In this document: in pieces, positions 36,163-49,869 of the stretch | Layout: the number at the start of each line of letters is the position of its first letter | Numbering within the stretch: position 1 is the stretch's first letter | Origin: Lytechinus pictus | Taxonomy: Eukaryota | Direction of reading: 5' to 3' | Assembly (NCBI RefSeq): GCF_037042905.1 | Contig: NC_087246.1 | Coordinates: forward strand, 20,398,001 to 20,462,000 | Length of the DNA stretch: 64,000 nucleotides | Made by a program: the position numbers and the translations under genes | The notes under the pieces: model-generated | The model's input: the letters and a program-made list of their open reading frames with translations, nothing else | The model's database searches: none | Told to the model about the DNA's origin: nothing

Positions 36163-38244
36163 TCTGATAATGAGCTTGATATAAACTTAATAAAAGCTAA
36201 TTATTGCTTGTTTGGAGTAGATGATGAACTTGTTCGTTGTTCTATAAGCTATTACAGAATGATGATGTTTATTATTGACACCTGTCCCATCAACATTCGG
36301 CTCTGTGAACGCACTTTTCTATTGGTCAATAGCCAATAGCCAATAGGATAACTAGCTTGCCTTAATCCGCTTTCTATTCAGTGCACGCAATTTTCTATTG
36401 GTCAATGAAGACAGCCAATGGGATTACGGGAAGGTTTCAGTTAGCAGTATAGTAATTGTTTAATCTTTGCCGGCGTACTCAGTCAGATTGAAACCTATTC
36501 AAACTACATCCTTTATCGGTCTCTAGATGAATAGGCTTATAATCTCCTGTTTAGAACAGTATCAATGTCTTCTTTTCTTCCATTGATTATTTTCGCCTTC
36601 TTAATGACACTGTATACTAATGGAAGTTTAAATTGTAAAAGAAAATATGGACGGCTTCGTAAGAAATCTAAAAATTGACATCGATATAACTTATAAGGGA
36701 CTAAAGAGGGGATAGAGAGATACAAGAAAAAACTGAAGGGATGGGTGAAAAAATGATATGGAATATATAGTCAGAGAAAAGGGGAAATACACTGAAATGT
36801 AGGCTAGAATTAAAGACGTAGATATAGATGAGTGAATAGATAAATTTATAGAACAATGGTAATATAGAGAGATAGATAGATAGATAGATATATAGATAGG
36901 TAGGTAGATATATAGATAGATAGAATTAAAGAACAAGATATAGATGAGTGAATAGATAAATTTATAGAAGAATGGTAATATAGATAGATAGATATATAGA
37001 TAGGTAGATAGATAGGTAGGTAGATATATAGATAGATAGAATTAAAGACCGAGATATAGATGAGTTAATAGATAAATTTATAGAAGAATGGTAATATAGA
37101 TAGATAGATAGATAGAAAGAATAGTAGATAAAAATAAATCGATTGATAAATAGAAAATTATAAAGAAATATAATTTCAAATTACGCTATATAAGCACAAA
37201 ACGTCACCCCCCCCCCCTCGTTACTACTCCTTTTCCCTCTAATTTTTATTCCTTCCTTTGGCTCCATCCTTCTGGTCTTCCCTGAATTTTTTTTTTTTTG
37301 TTTTAGTTACTTCTTTTTTAAATCCCGTTTATATTTCTCACCCATTTTCTATCACTCCTTTTCTTTCTTTTCTTTATTCCTTCCTTTGGCTACATCCTTC
37401 TGGTCTTCCGTGAAATTAATTTTTCTTTTGTTTTAGTTACTTTTTTTTTAAATCCCGTTTATATTTCTCACCCATTTTCTATCACTCCTTTTCTTTCTTT
37501 TTTCCATTTCTCCCTCTCCCGTTTATACCTTTACATTCATTTCTTTCTCATTTACTTTCCGTTCTCATTTTCTTTTTACGTCTCCTATATTTTTCTTTTA
37601 TTCGCCTTTTTCCCTCTCTTTCTTTCAATTTTCGGTAGTTCGGTGGCCTTTCCGACTAAAACTTTTCACAGCAAGACATAATTATAGGGAGATATTCATT
37701 GATGTATCAAAATGAGGTGAGAAGAAAATTAAGGGAAAATTTGACATTGAGTGTATACCATAAGGACTCGCATGCTAGCTTTACGAAAAACAAATGAACT
37801 TTATCAGTCATTAGACTATTTTTAACCTTTCAGCAAAGTTAATTATGTACATTCAAAATATAAAACAATAACAAGATATATTTTACAGTTGAATTTAAAC
37901 ATTTTATTCGACCAATGCTATTCATGTCAGTAGTGCGGCAAAATATTACATTAGGGACAATTTATGCATTAGTAATAACATGGTCAATATTACTGCACTT
38001 GGCAAGAATCATAACAGCAATTAAGAGTTTTTTTCTGGTTTGAGAGTTCGTGAGTTCATTCAGTCAGTGCCTAGAAGTTGATGCAGAAGACATACGGATG
38101 ATAACCCATCAGTGTGTAGAAAGAAGACGGTGTTCGGTGAAGATACTCAGCGCTAGAGGGAGAAGGAGAGCGACTGCTACGAGAGAGAAAGTCTACTGAC
38201 ATCAGTGGACTGGTGGCGCCTTTCGTTGAGTCACGTGATGTCGT

Positions 38245-39064
38245 TCAGTGGAGCTGAGTGACGCCATGACATTGAAGATGTGGGTCCGATGAAACGGTCG
38301 TTGACTCTGACGTCGATCGACTGCTTTTAGCGAGAAAGTCGACGGAGAACTTGGATGACACGACGCCCAACTTCTTTGTAGGTGGTGTCGTCTGGTTGAC
38401 CTCATCGGCGTCGCATGGTGTCTTCCGTTTACGGCTTACGGCAGACAAGTCGACTTCATTAGATGGTTGAAGGCGAGGGTTGTAGACGTCTTTCTTAATG
38501 GCTGGTTGGTGAGCAGAGCATGAAACAAGAGAGGCTCGACGGACACGTGCACGACGGTTCTGAAACCAGACCTGGAGAGGAGAGAAAACAAAATTGAAAG
38601 AAATGATCAGTGAAACAGTTTTAATATTTTCAGAAAATATGATTTTATTGATGAGAACTACTTTCTGTATTCAACATTTATCTCAATACTATGGTCCGTT
38701 TATGAAATCCATAATTATCTGGCGTTATATGAAGATAGAAGTTTGGATTATCAAGGATCGATGTTTTACCCCCCCCCCAAGGAACAATTTGCTCTCTGAT
38801 CTCTTAACACTTTGGATTTGCGAAGTTAGTTTTCTTTGTATTATCAGTAATGATAATGATATTTACCATAATTCTGTCTTCTTTAAGCTGCAGACTTGAA
38901 GCCAGATGTTCTCTAGTCGTGATATCAGGATACTGGTTGTCGTTGAACACGGTCTCCAGAATCCTCAGCTGTAAATCTGTGAAGACGGTCGGACGTCGAC
39001 GACGAGGGCGTTTGGAAGAAACCCTATTCGATGAAGCATGAGCAGTCATGATCAAATCGGTCAT
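38245..39064 (-). CDS. pmar1: pmar1 copy 5, truncated 174 aa (TGC>TGA); exons 39064-38867 and 38571-38245 (ancestral stop at 38071)
   Basis: CAC TGA ACG versus CAC TGC ACG; HD Q33H; may be a pseudogene or a short isoform. Confidence 0.8.
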
Positions 39065-41146
39065 TCTGATAATGAGCTTGATATATACCTAATAAAAGCC
39101 AATTATTGCTTGTTTGGAGTAGATGATGAACTTGTTCGTTGTTCTATAAGCTATTACAGAATGATGATGTTTATTATTGACACCTGTCCCATCAACATTC
39201 GGCTCTGTGAACGCACTTTTCTATTGGTCAATAGCCAATAGCCAATAGGATTACTAGCTTGCCTTAACCCGCTTTCTATTCAGTGCACGCAATTTTCTAT
39301 TGGTCAATGAAGACAGCCAATGGGATTACGGGAAGGTTTCGGTTAGCAGTATAGTAATTGTTTAATCTTTGCCGGCGTACTCAGGCAGATTGAAACCTAT
39401 ACATCCTTTATCGGTCTCTAGATGAATAGGCTTATAATCTCCTGTTTAGAACAGTATCAATGTCTTCTTTTCTTCCATTGATTATTTTCGCCTTCTTAAT
39501 GACACTGTATACTAATGGACGTTTAAATTGTCAAAGAAAATATGGACGGCTTCGTTTGAAATCTAAAAATTGACATCGATATAACTTATAAGGGACGAAA
39601 GAGGGGATAGAGAGATACAAGAAAAAAACTGAAGGGATGGGTGAAAAAATGATATGGAATATATAGTCAGAGAAAAGGGGAAATACACTGAAATGTAGGC
39701 TAGAATTAAAGACGTAGATATAGATGAGTGAATAGATAAATTTATAGAACAATGGTAATATAGAGAGATAGATAGATATATATATAGATAGGTAGATAGA
39801 TAGGTAGGTGGATATATAGATAGATAGAATTAAAGAACAAGATATAGATGAGTGAATAGATAAATTTATAGAAGAATGGTAATATAGATAGATAGATATA
39901 TAGATAGGTAGATAGATAGGTAGGTAGATATATAGATAGATATAATTAAAGACCGAGATATAGATGAGTGAATAGATACATTTATAGAAGAATGTTAATA
40001 TAGATAGATAGATAGATAGAATAGTAGATAAAAATAAATCGATTGATAAATAGAAAATTATAAAGAAATATAATTTCAAATTACGCTATATAAGCACAAA
40101 ACGTCACCCCCCCCCCCCTCGTTACTACTCCTTTTCCCTCTAATTTTTATTCCTTCCTTTGGCTCCATCCTTCTGGTCTTCCCTGAAAATTTTTTTCTTT
40201 TGTTTTAGTTACTTCTTTTTTAAATCCCGTTTATATTTCTCACCCATTTTCTATCACTCCTTTTCTTTCTTTTCTTTATTCCTTCCTTTGGCTACATCCT
40301 TCTGGTCTTCCGTGAAATTAATTTTTCTTTTGTTTTAGTTACTTTTTTTAAAAATCCCGTTTATATTTCTCACCCATTTTCTATCACTCCTTTTCTTTCT
40401 TTTTTCCATTTCTCCCTCTCCCGTTTATACCTTTACATTCATTTCTTTCTCATTTACTTTCCGTTCTCATTTTCTTTTTACGTCTCCTATATTTTTCTTT
40501 TATTCGCCTTTTTCCCTCTCTTTCTTTCAATTTTCGGTAGTTCGGTGGCCTTTCCGACTAAAACTTTTCACAGCAAGACATAATTGTAGGGAGATATTCA
40601 TTGATGTATCAAAATGAGGTGAGAAGAAAATTAAGGGAAAATTTGACATTGAGTGTATACCATAAGGACTCGCATGCTAGCTTTACGAAAAACAAATGAA
40701 CTTTATCAGTCATTAGACTATTTTTAACCTTTCAGCAAAGTTAATTATGTACATTCAAAATATAAAACAATAACAAGATATATTTTACAGTTGAATTTAA
40801 ACATTTTATTCGACCAATGCTATTCATGTCAGTAGTGCGGCAAAATATTACATTAGGGACAATTTATGCATTAGTAATAACATGGTCAATATTACTGCAC
40901 TTGGCAAGAATCATAACAGCAATTAAGAGTTTTTTTCTGGTTTGAGAGTTCGTGAGTTCATTCAGTCAGTGCCTAGAAGTTGATGCAGAAGACATACGGA
41001 TGATAACCCATCGGTGTGTGGAAAGAAGACGGTGTTCGGTGAAGATACTCAGCGCTAGAGGGAGAAGGAGAGCGACTGCTACGAGAGAGAAAGTCTACTG
41101 ACATCAGTGGACTGGTGGCGCCTTTCGTTGAGTCACGTGATGTCGT

Positions 41147-41971
41147 TCAGTGGAGCTGAGTGACGCCATGACATTGAAGATGTGGGTCCGATGAAACGGT
41201 CGTTGACTCTGACGTCGATCGACTGCTTTTAGCGAGAAAGTCGACGGAGAACTTGGATGACACGACGCCCAACTTCTTTGTAGGTGGTGTCGTCTTGTTG
41301 ACCTCATCGGCGTCGCATGGTGTCTTCCGTTTACGGCTTACGGCAGACAAGTCGACTTCATTAGATGGTTGAAGGCGAGGGTTGTAGACGTCTTTCTTAA
41401 TGGCTGGTTGGTGAGCAGAGCATGAAACAAGAGAGGCTCGACGGACACGTGCACGACGGTTCTGAAACCAGACCTGGAGAGGAGAGAAAACAAAATTGAA
41501 AGAAATGATCAGTGAAACAGTTTTAATATTTTCAGAAAATATGATTTTATTGATGAGAACTACTTTCTTTATTCAACATTTATCTCAATACTATGGTCCG
41601 TTTATGAAATCCATAATTATCTGGCGTTATATGAAGATAGAAGTTTGGATTATCAAGGATCGATGTTTTACCCCCCCCCCCCCCCAAGGAACAATTTGCT
41701 CTCTGATCTCTTAACACTTTGGATTTGCGAAGTTAGTTTTCTTTGTATTATCAGTAATGATAATGATATTTACCATAATTCTGTCTTCTTTAAGCTGCAG
41801 ACTTGAAGCCAGATGTTCTCTAGTCGTGATATCAGGATACTGGTTGTCGTTGAACACGGTCTCCAGAATCCTCAGCTGTAAATCTGTGAAGACGGTCGGA
41901 CGTCGACGACGAGGGCGTTTGGAAGAAACCCTATTCGATGAAGCATGAGCAGTCATGATCAAATCGGTCAT
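41147..41971 (-). CDS. pmar1: pmar1 copy 6, truncated 174 aa; exons 41971-41774 and 41473-41147 (ancestral stop 40973)
   Basis: Same premature TGA and Q33H. Confidence 0.8.
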
Positions 41972-44049
41972 TCTGATAATGAGCTTGATATATACTTAAT
42001 AAAAGCCAATTATTGCTTGTTTGGAGTAGATGATGAACTTGTTCGTTGTTCTATAAGCTATTACAGAATGATGATGTTTATTATTGACACCTGTCCCATC
42101 AACATTCGGCTCTGTGAACGCACTTTTCTATTGGTCAATAGCCAATAGCCAATAGGATTACTAGCTTGCCTTAACCCGCTTTCTATTCAGTGCACGCAAT
42201 TTTCTATTGGTCAATGAAGACAGCCAATGGGATTACGGGAAGGTTTCGGTTAGCAGTATAGTAATTGTTTAATCTTTGCCGGCGTACTCAGGCAGATTGA
42301 AACCTATACATCCTTTATCGGTCTCTAGATGAATAGGCTTATAATCTCCTGTTTAGAACAGTATCAATGTCTTCTTTTCTTCCATTGATTATTTTCGCCT
42401 TCTTAATGACACTGTATACTAATGGACGTTTAAATTGTCAAAGAAAATATGGACGGCTTCGTTTGAAATCTAAAAATTGACATCGATATAACTTATAAGG
42501 GACGAAAGAGGGGATAGAGAGATACAAGAAAAAAACTGAAGGGATGGGTGAAAAAATGATATGGAATATATAGTCAGAGAAAAGGGGAAATACACTGAAA
42601 TGTAGGCTAGAATTAAAGACGTAGATATAGATGAGTGAATAGATAAATTTATAGAACAATGGTAATATAGAGAGATAGATAGATAGATAGATATATAGAT
42701 AGGTAGGTAGATATATAGATAGATAGAATTAAAGAACAAGATATAGATGAGTGAATAGATAAATTTATAGAAGAATGGTAATATAGATAGATAGATATAT
42801 AGATAGGTAGATAGATAGGTAGGTAGATATATAGATAGATAGAATTAAAGACCGAGATATAGATGAGTTAATAGATAAATTTATAGAAGAATGGTAATAT
42901 AGATAGATAGATAGATAGAAAGAATAGTAGATAAAAATAAATCGATTGATAAATAGAAAATTATAAAGAAATATAATTTCAAATTACGCTATATAAGCAC
43001 AAAACGTCACCCCCCCCCCCCCTCGTTACTACTCCTTTTCCCTCTAATTTTTATTCCTTCCTTTGGCTCCATCCTTCTGGTCTTCCCTGAATTTTTTTTT
43101 TTTTGTTTTAGTTACTTCTTTTTTAAATCCCGTTTATATTTCTCACCCATTTTCTATCACTCCTTTTCTTTCTTTTCTTTATTCCTTCCTTTGGCTACAT
43201 CCTTCTGGTCTTCCGTGAAATTAATTTTTCTTTTGTTTTAGTTACTTTTTTTTTAAATCCCGTTTATATTTCTCACCCATTTTCTATCACTCCTTTTCTT
43301 TCTTTTTTCCATTTCTCCCTCTCCCGTTTATACCTTTACATTCATTTCTTTCTCATTTACTTTCCGTTCTCATTTTCTTTTTACGTCTCCTATATTTTTC
43401 TTTTATTCGCCTTTTTCCCTCTCTTTCTTTCAATTTTCGGTAGTTCGGTGGCCTTTCCGACTAAAACTTTTCACAGCAAGACATAATTATAGGGAGATAT
43501 TCATTGATGTATCAAAATGAGGTGAGAAGAAAATTAAGGGAAAATTTGACATTGAGTGTATACCATAAGGACTCGCATGCTAGCTTTACGAAAAACAAAT
43601 GAACTTTATCAGTCATTAGACTATTTTTAACCTTTCAGCAAAGTTAATTATGTACATTCAAAATATAAAACAATAACAAGATATATTTTACAGTTGAATT
43701 TAAACATTTTATTCGACCAATGCTATTCATGTCAGTAGTGCGGCAAAATATTACATTAGGGACAATTTATGCATTAGTAATAACATGGTCAATATTACTG
43801 CACTTGGCAAGAATCATAACAGCAATTAAGAGTTTTTTTCTGGTTTGAGAGTTCGTGAGTTCATTCAGTCAGTGCCTAGAAGTTGATGCAGAAGACATAC
43901 GGATGATAACCCATCAGTGTGTAGAAAGAAGACGGTGTTCGGTGAAGATACTCAGCGCTAGAGGGAGAAGGAGAGCGACTGCTACGAGAGAGAAAGTCTA
44001 CTGACATCAGTGGACTGGTGGCGCCTTTCGTTGAGTCACGTGATGTCGT

Positions 44050-44870
44050 TCAGTGGAGCTGAGTGACGCCATGACATTGAAGATGTGGGTCCGATGAAAC
44101 GGTCGTTGACTCTGACGTCGATCGACTGCTTTTAGCGAGAAAGTCGACGGAGAACTTGGATGACACGACGCCCAACTTCTTTGTAGGTGGTGTCGTCTGG
44201 TTGACCTCATCGGCGTCGCATGGTGTCTTCCGTTTACGGCTTACGGCAGACAAGTCGACTTCATTAGATGGTTGAAGGCGAGGGTTGTAGACGTCTTTCT
44301 TAATGGCTGGTTGGTGAGCAGAGCATGAAACAAGAGAGGCTCGACGGACACGTGCACGACGGTTCTGAAACCAGACCTGGAGAGGAGAGAAAACAAAATT
44401 GAAAGAAATGATCAGTGAAACAGTTTTAATATTTTCAGAAAATATGATTTTATTGATGAGAACTACTTTCTTTATTCAACATTTATCTCAATACTATGGT
44501 CCGTTTATGAAATCCATAATTATCTGGCGTTATATGAAGATAGAAGTTTGGATTATCAAGGATCGATGTTTTACCCCCCCCCCCAAGGAACAATTTGCTC
44601 TCTGATCTCTTAACACTTTGGATTTGCGAAGTTAGTTTTCTTTGTATTATCAGTAATGATAATGATATTTACCATAATTCTGTCTTCTTTAAGCTGCAGA
44701 CTTGAAGCCAGATGTTCTCTAGTCGTGATATCAGGATACTGGTTGTCGTTGAACACGGTCTCCAGAATCCTCAGCTGTAAGTCTGTGAAGACGGTCGGAC
44801 GTCGACGACGAGGGCGTTTGGAAGAAACCCTATTCGATGAAGCATGAGCAGTCATGATCAAATCGGTCAT
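44050..44870 (-). CDS. pmar1: pmar1 copy 7, truncated 174 aa; exons 44870-44673 and 44376-44050 (ancestral stop 43876)
   Basis: Same premature TGA and Q33H. Confidence 0.8.
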
Positions 44871-46956
44871 TCTGATAATGAGCTTGATATATACTTAATA
44901 AAAGCCAATTATTGCTTGTTTGGAGTAGATGATGAACTTGTTCGTTGTTCTATAAGCTATTACAGAATGATGATGTTTATTATTGACACCTGTCCCATCA
45001 ACATTCGGCTCTGTGAACGCACTTTTCTATTGGTCAATAGCCAATAGCCAATAGGATTACTAGCTTGCCTTAACCCGCTTTCTATTCAGTGCACGCAATT
45101 TTCTATTGGTCAATGAAGACAGCCAATGGGATTACGGGAAGGTTTCGGTTAGCAGTATAGTAATTGTTTAATCTTTGCCGGCGTACTCAGGCAGATTGAA
45201 ACCTATACATCCTTTATCGGTCTCTAGATGAATAGGCTTATAATCTCCTGTTTAGAACAGTATCAATGTCTTCTTTTCTTCCATTGATTATTTTCGCCTT
45301 CTTAATGACACTGTATACTAATGGACGTTTAAATTGTCAAAGAAAATATGGACGGCTTCGTTTGAAATCTAAAAATTGACATCGATATAACTTATAAGGG
45401 ACGAAAGAGGGGATAGAGAGATACAAGAAAAAAACTGAAGGGATGGGTGAAAAAATGATATGGAATATATAGTCAGAGAAAAGGGGAAATACACTGAAAT
45501 GTAGGCTAGAATTAAAGACGTAGATATAGATGAGTGAATAGATAAATTTATAGAACAATGGTAATATAAAGAGATAGATAGATATATATATAGATAGGTA
45601 GATAGATAGGTAGGTGGATATATAGATAGATAGAATTAAAGAACAAGATATAGATGAGTGAATAGATAAATTTATAGAAGAATGGTAATATAGATAGATA
45701 GATATATAGATAGGTAGATAGATAGGTAGGTAGATATATAGATAGATATAATTAAAGACCGAGATATAGATGAGTGAATAGATACATTTATAGAAGAATG
45801 TTAATATAGATAGATAGATAGATAGAATAGTAGATAAAAATAAATCGATTGATAAATAGAAAATTATAAAGAAATATAATTTCAAATTACGCTATATAAG
45901 CACAAAACGTCACCCCCCCCCCCCCCCCTCGTTACTACTCCTTTTCCCTCTAATTTTTATTCCTTCCTTTGGCTCCATCCTTCTGGTCTTCCCTGAAATT
46001 TTTTTTCTTTTGTTTTAGTTACTTCTTTTTTAAATCCCGTTTATATTTCTCACCCATTTTCTATCACTCCTTTTCTTTCTTTTCTTTATTCCTTCCTTTG
46101 GCTACATCCTTCTGGTCTTCCGTGAAATTAATTTTTCTTTTGTTTTAGTTACTTTTTTTAAAAATCCCGTTTATATTTCTCACCCATTTTCTATCACTCC
46201 TTTTCTTTCTTTTTTCCATTTCTCCCTCTCCCGTTTATACCTTTACATTCATTTCTTTCTCATTTACTTTCCGTTCTCATTTTCTTTTTACGTCTCCTAT
46301 ATTTTTCTTTTATTCGCCTTTTTCCCTCTCTTTCTTTCAATTTTCGGTAGTTCGGTGGCCTTTCCGACTAAAACTTTTCACAGCAAGACATAATTGTAGG
46401 GAGATATTCATTGATGTATCAAAATGAGGTGAGAAGAAAATTAAGGGAAAATTTGACATTGAGTGTATACCATAAGGACTCGCATGCTAGCTTTACGAAA
46501 AACAAATGAACTTTATCAGTCATTAGACTATTTTTAACCTTTCAGCAAAGTTAATTATGTACATTCAAAATATAAAACAATAACAAGATATATTTTACAG
46601 TTGAATTTAAACATTTTATTCGACCAATGCTATTCATGTCAGTAGTGCGGCAAAATATTACATTAGGGACAATTTATGCATTAGTAATAACATGGTCAAT
46701 ATTACTGCACTTGGCAAGAATCATAACAGCAATTAAGAGTTTTTTTCTGGTTTGAGAGTTCGTGAGTTCATTCAGTCAGTGCCTAGAAGTTGATGCAGAA
46801 GACATACGGATGATAACCCATCGGTGTGTGGAAAGAAGACGGTGTTCGGTGAAGATACTCAGCGCTAGAGGGAGAAGGAGAGCGACTGCTACGAGAGAGA
46901 AAGTCTACTGACATCAGTGGACTGGTGGCGCCTTTCGTTGAGTCACGTGATGTCGT

Positions 46957-47786
46957 TCAGTGGAGCTGAGTGACGCCATGACATTGAAGATGTGGGTCCG
47001 ATGAAACGGTCGTTGACTCTGACGTCGATCGACTGCTTTTAGCGAGAAAGTCGACGGAGAACTTGGATGACACGACGCCCAACTTCTTTGTAGGTGGTGT
47101 CGTCTTGTTGACCTCATCGGCGTCGCATGGTGTCTTCCGTTTACGGCTTACGGCAGACAAGTCGACTTCATTAGATGGTTGAAGGCGAGGGTTGTAGACG
47201 TCTTTCTTAATGGCTGGTTGGTGAGCAGAGCATGAAACAAGAGAGGCTCGACGGACACGTGCACGACGGTTCTGAAACCAGACCTGGAGAGGAGAGAAAA
47301 CAAAATTGAAAGAAATGATCAGTGAAACAGTTTTAATATTTTCAGAAAATATGATTTTATTGATGAGAACTACTTTCTTTATTCAACATTTATCTCAATA
47401 CTATGGTCCGTTTATGAAATCCATAATTATCTGGCGTTATATGAAGATAGAAGTTTGGATTATCAAGGATCGATGTTTTACCCCCCCCCCCCCCCCCCCC
47501 AAGGAACAATTTGCTCTCTGATCTCTTAACACTTTGGATTTGCGAAGTTAGTTTTCTTTGTATTATCAGTAATGATAATGATATTTACCATAATTCTGTC
47601 TTCTTTAAGCTGCAGACTTGAAGCCAGATGTTCTCTAGTCGTGATATCAGGATACTGGTTGTCGTTGAACACGGTCTCCAGAATCCTCAGCTGTAAATCT
47701 GTGAAGACGGTCGGACGTCGACGACGAGGGCGTTTGGAAGAAACCCTATTCGATGAAGCATGAGCAGTCATGATCAAATCGGTCAT
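46957..47786 (-). CDS. pmar1: pmar1 copy 8, truncated 174 aa; exons 47786-47589 and 47283-46957 (ancestral stop 46783)
   Basis: Same premature TGA and Q33H. Confidence 0.8.
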
Positions 47787-49869
47787 TCTGATAATGAGCT
47801 TGATATATACTTAATAAAAGCCAATTATTGCTTGTTTGGAGTAGATGATGAACTTGTTCGTTGTTCTATAAGCTATTACAGAATGATGATGTTTATTATT
47901 GACACCTGTCCCATCAACATTCGGCTCTGTGAACGCACTTTTCTATTGGTCAATAGCCAATAGCCAATAGGATTACTAGCTTGCCTTAACCCGCTTTCTA
48001 TTCAGTGCACGCAATTTTCTATTGGTCAATGAAGACAGCCAATGGGATTACGGGAAGGTTTCGGTTAGCAGTATAGTAATTGTTTAATCTTTGCCGGCGT
48101 ACTCAGGCAGATTGAAACCTATACATCCTTTATCGGTCTCTAGATGAATAGGCTTATAATCTCCTGTTTAGAACAGTATCAATGTCTTCTTTTCTTCCAT
48201 TGATTATTTTCGCCTTCTTAATGACACTGTATACTAATGGACGTTTAAATTGTCAAAGAAAATATGGACGGCTTCGTTTGAAATCTAAAAATTGACATCG
48301 ATATAACTTATAAGGGACGAAAGAGGGGATAGAGAGATACAAGAAAAAAACTGAAGGGATGGGTGAAAAAATGATATGGAATATATAGTCAGAGAAAAGG
48401 GGAAATACACTGAAATGTAGGCTAGAATTAAAGACGTAGATATAGATGAGTGAATAGATAAATTTATAGAACAATGGTAATATAGAGAGATAGATAGATA
48501 TATATATAGATAGGTAGATAGATAGGTAGGTGGATATATAGATAGATAGAATTAAAGAACAAGATATAGATGAGTGAATAGATAAATTTATAGAAGAATG
48601 GTAATATAGATAGATAGATATATAGATAGGTAGATAGATAGGTAGGTAGATATATAGATAGATATAATTAAAGACCGAGATATAGATGAGTGAATAGATA
48701 AATTTATAGAAGAATGTTAATATAGATAGATAGATAGATAGAATAGTAGATAAAAATAAATCGATTGATAAATAGAAAATTATAAAAAAATATAATTTCA
48801 AATTACGCTATATAAGCACAAAACGTCACCCCCCCCCCCCCTCGTTACTACTCCTTTTCCCTCTAATTTTTATTCCTTCCTTTGGCTCCATCCTTCTGGT
48901 CTTCCCTGAAAATTTTTTTCTTTTGTTTTAGTTACTTCTTTTTTAAATCCCGTTTATATTTCTCACCCATTTTCTATCACTCCTTTTCTTTCTTTTCTTT
49001 ATTCCTTCCTTTGGCTACATCCTTCTGGTCTTCCGTGAAATTAATTTTTCTTTTGTTTTAGTTACTTTTTTTAAAAATCCCGTTTATATTTCTCACCCAT
49101 TTTCTATCACTCCTTTTCTTTCTTTTTTCCATTTCTCCCTCTCCCGTTTATACCTTTACATTCATTTCTTTCTCATTTACTTTCCGTTCTCATTTTCTTT
49201 TTACGTCTCCTATATTTTTCTTTTATTCGCCTTTTTCCCTCTCTTTCTTTCAATTTTCGGTAGTTCGGTGGCCTTTCCGACTAAAACTTTTCACAGCAAG
49301 ACATAATTGTAGGGAGATATTCATTGATGTATCAAAATGAGGTGAGAAGAAAATTAAGGGAAAATTTGACATTGAGTGTATACCATAAGGACTCGCATGC
49401 TAGCTTTACGAAAAACAAATGAACTTTATCAGTCATTAGACTATTTTTAACCTTTCAGCAAAGTTAATTATGTACATTCAAAATATAAAACAATAACAAG
49501 ATATATTTTACAGTTGAATTTAAACATTTTATTCGACCAATGCTATTCATGTCAGTAGTGCGGCAAAATATTACATTAGGGACAATTTATGCATTAGTAA
49601 TAACATGGTCAATATTACTGCACTTGGCAAGAATCATAACAGCAATTAAGAGTTTTTTTCTGGTTTGAGAGTTCGTGAGTTCATTCAGTCAGTGCCTAGA
49701 AGTTGATGCAGAAGACATACGGATGATAACCCATCGGTGTGTAGAAAGAAGACGGTGTTCGGTGAAGATACTCAGCGCTAGAGGGAGAAGGAGAGCGACT
49801 GCTACGAGAGAGAAAGTCTACTGACATCAGTGGACTGGTGGCGCCTTTCGTTGAGTCACGTGATGTCGT

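Noticed and set aside
38245-38247. In-frame TGA replacing a Cys codon as selenocysteine or programmed readthrough
   Set aside because: One substitution explains it; the 3' UTR is essentially the same as in Cys copies with no evident SECIS; context UGA-A is not readthrough-prone; downstream codons have gained changes. A SECIS search or ribosome profiling would settle it.
39531-40079. Recurrent 182-aa YLSI-rich ORFs and Phe/Leu-rich spacer ORFs
   Set aside because: Translations of (TATC)n minisatellite and polypyrimidine tracts; frames break between copies.
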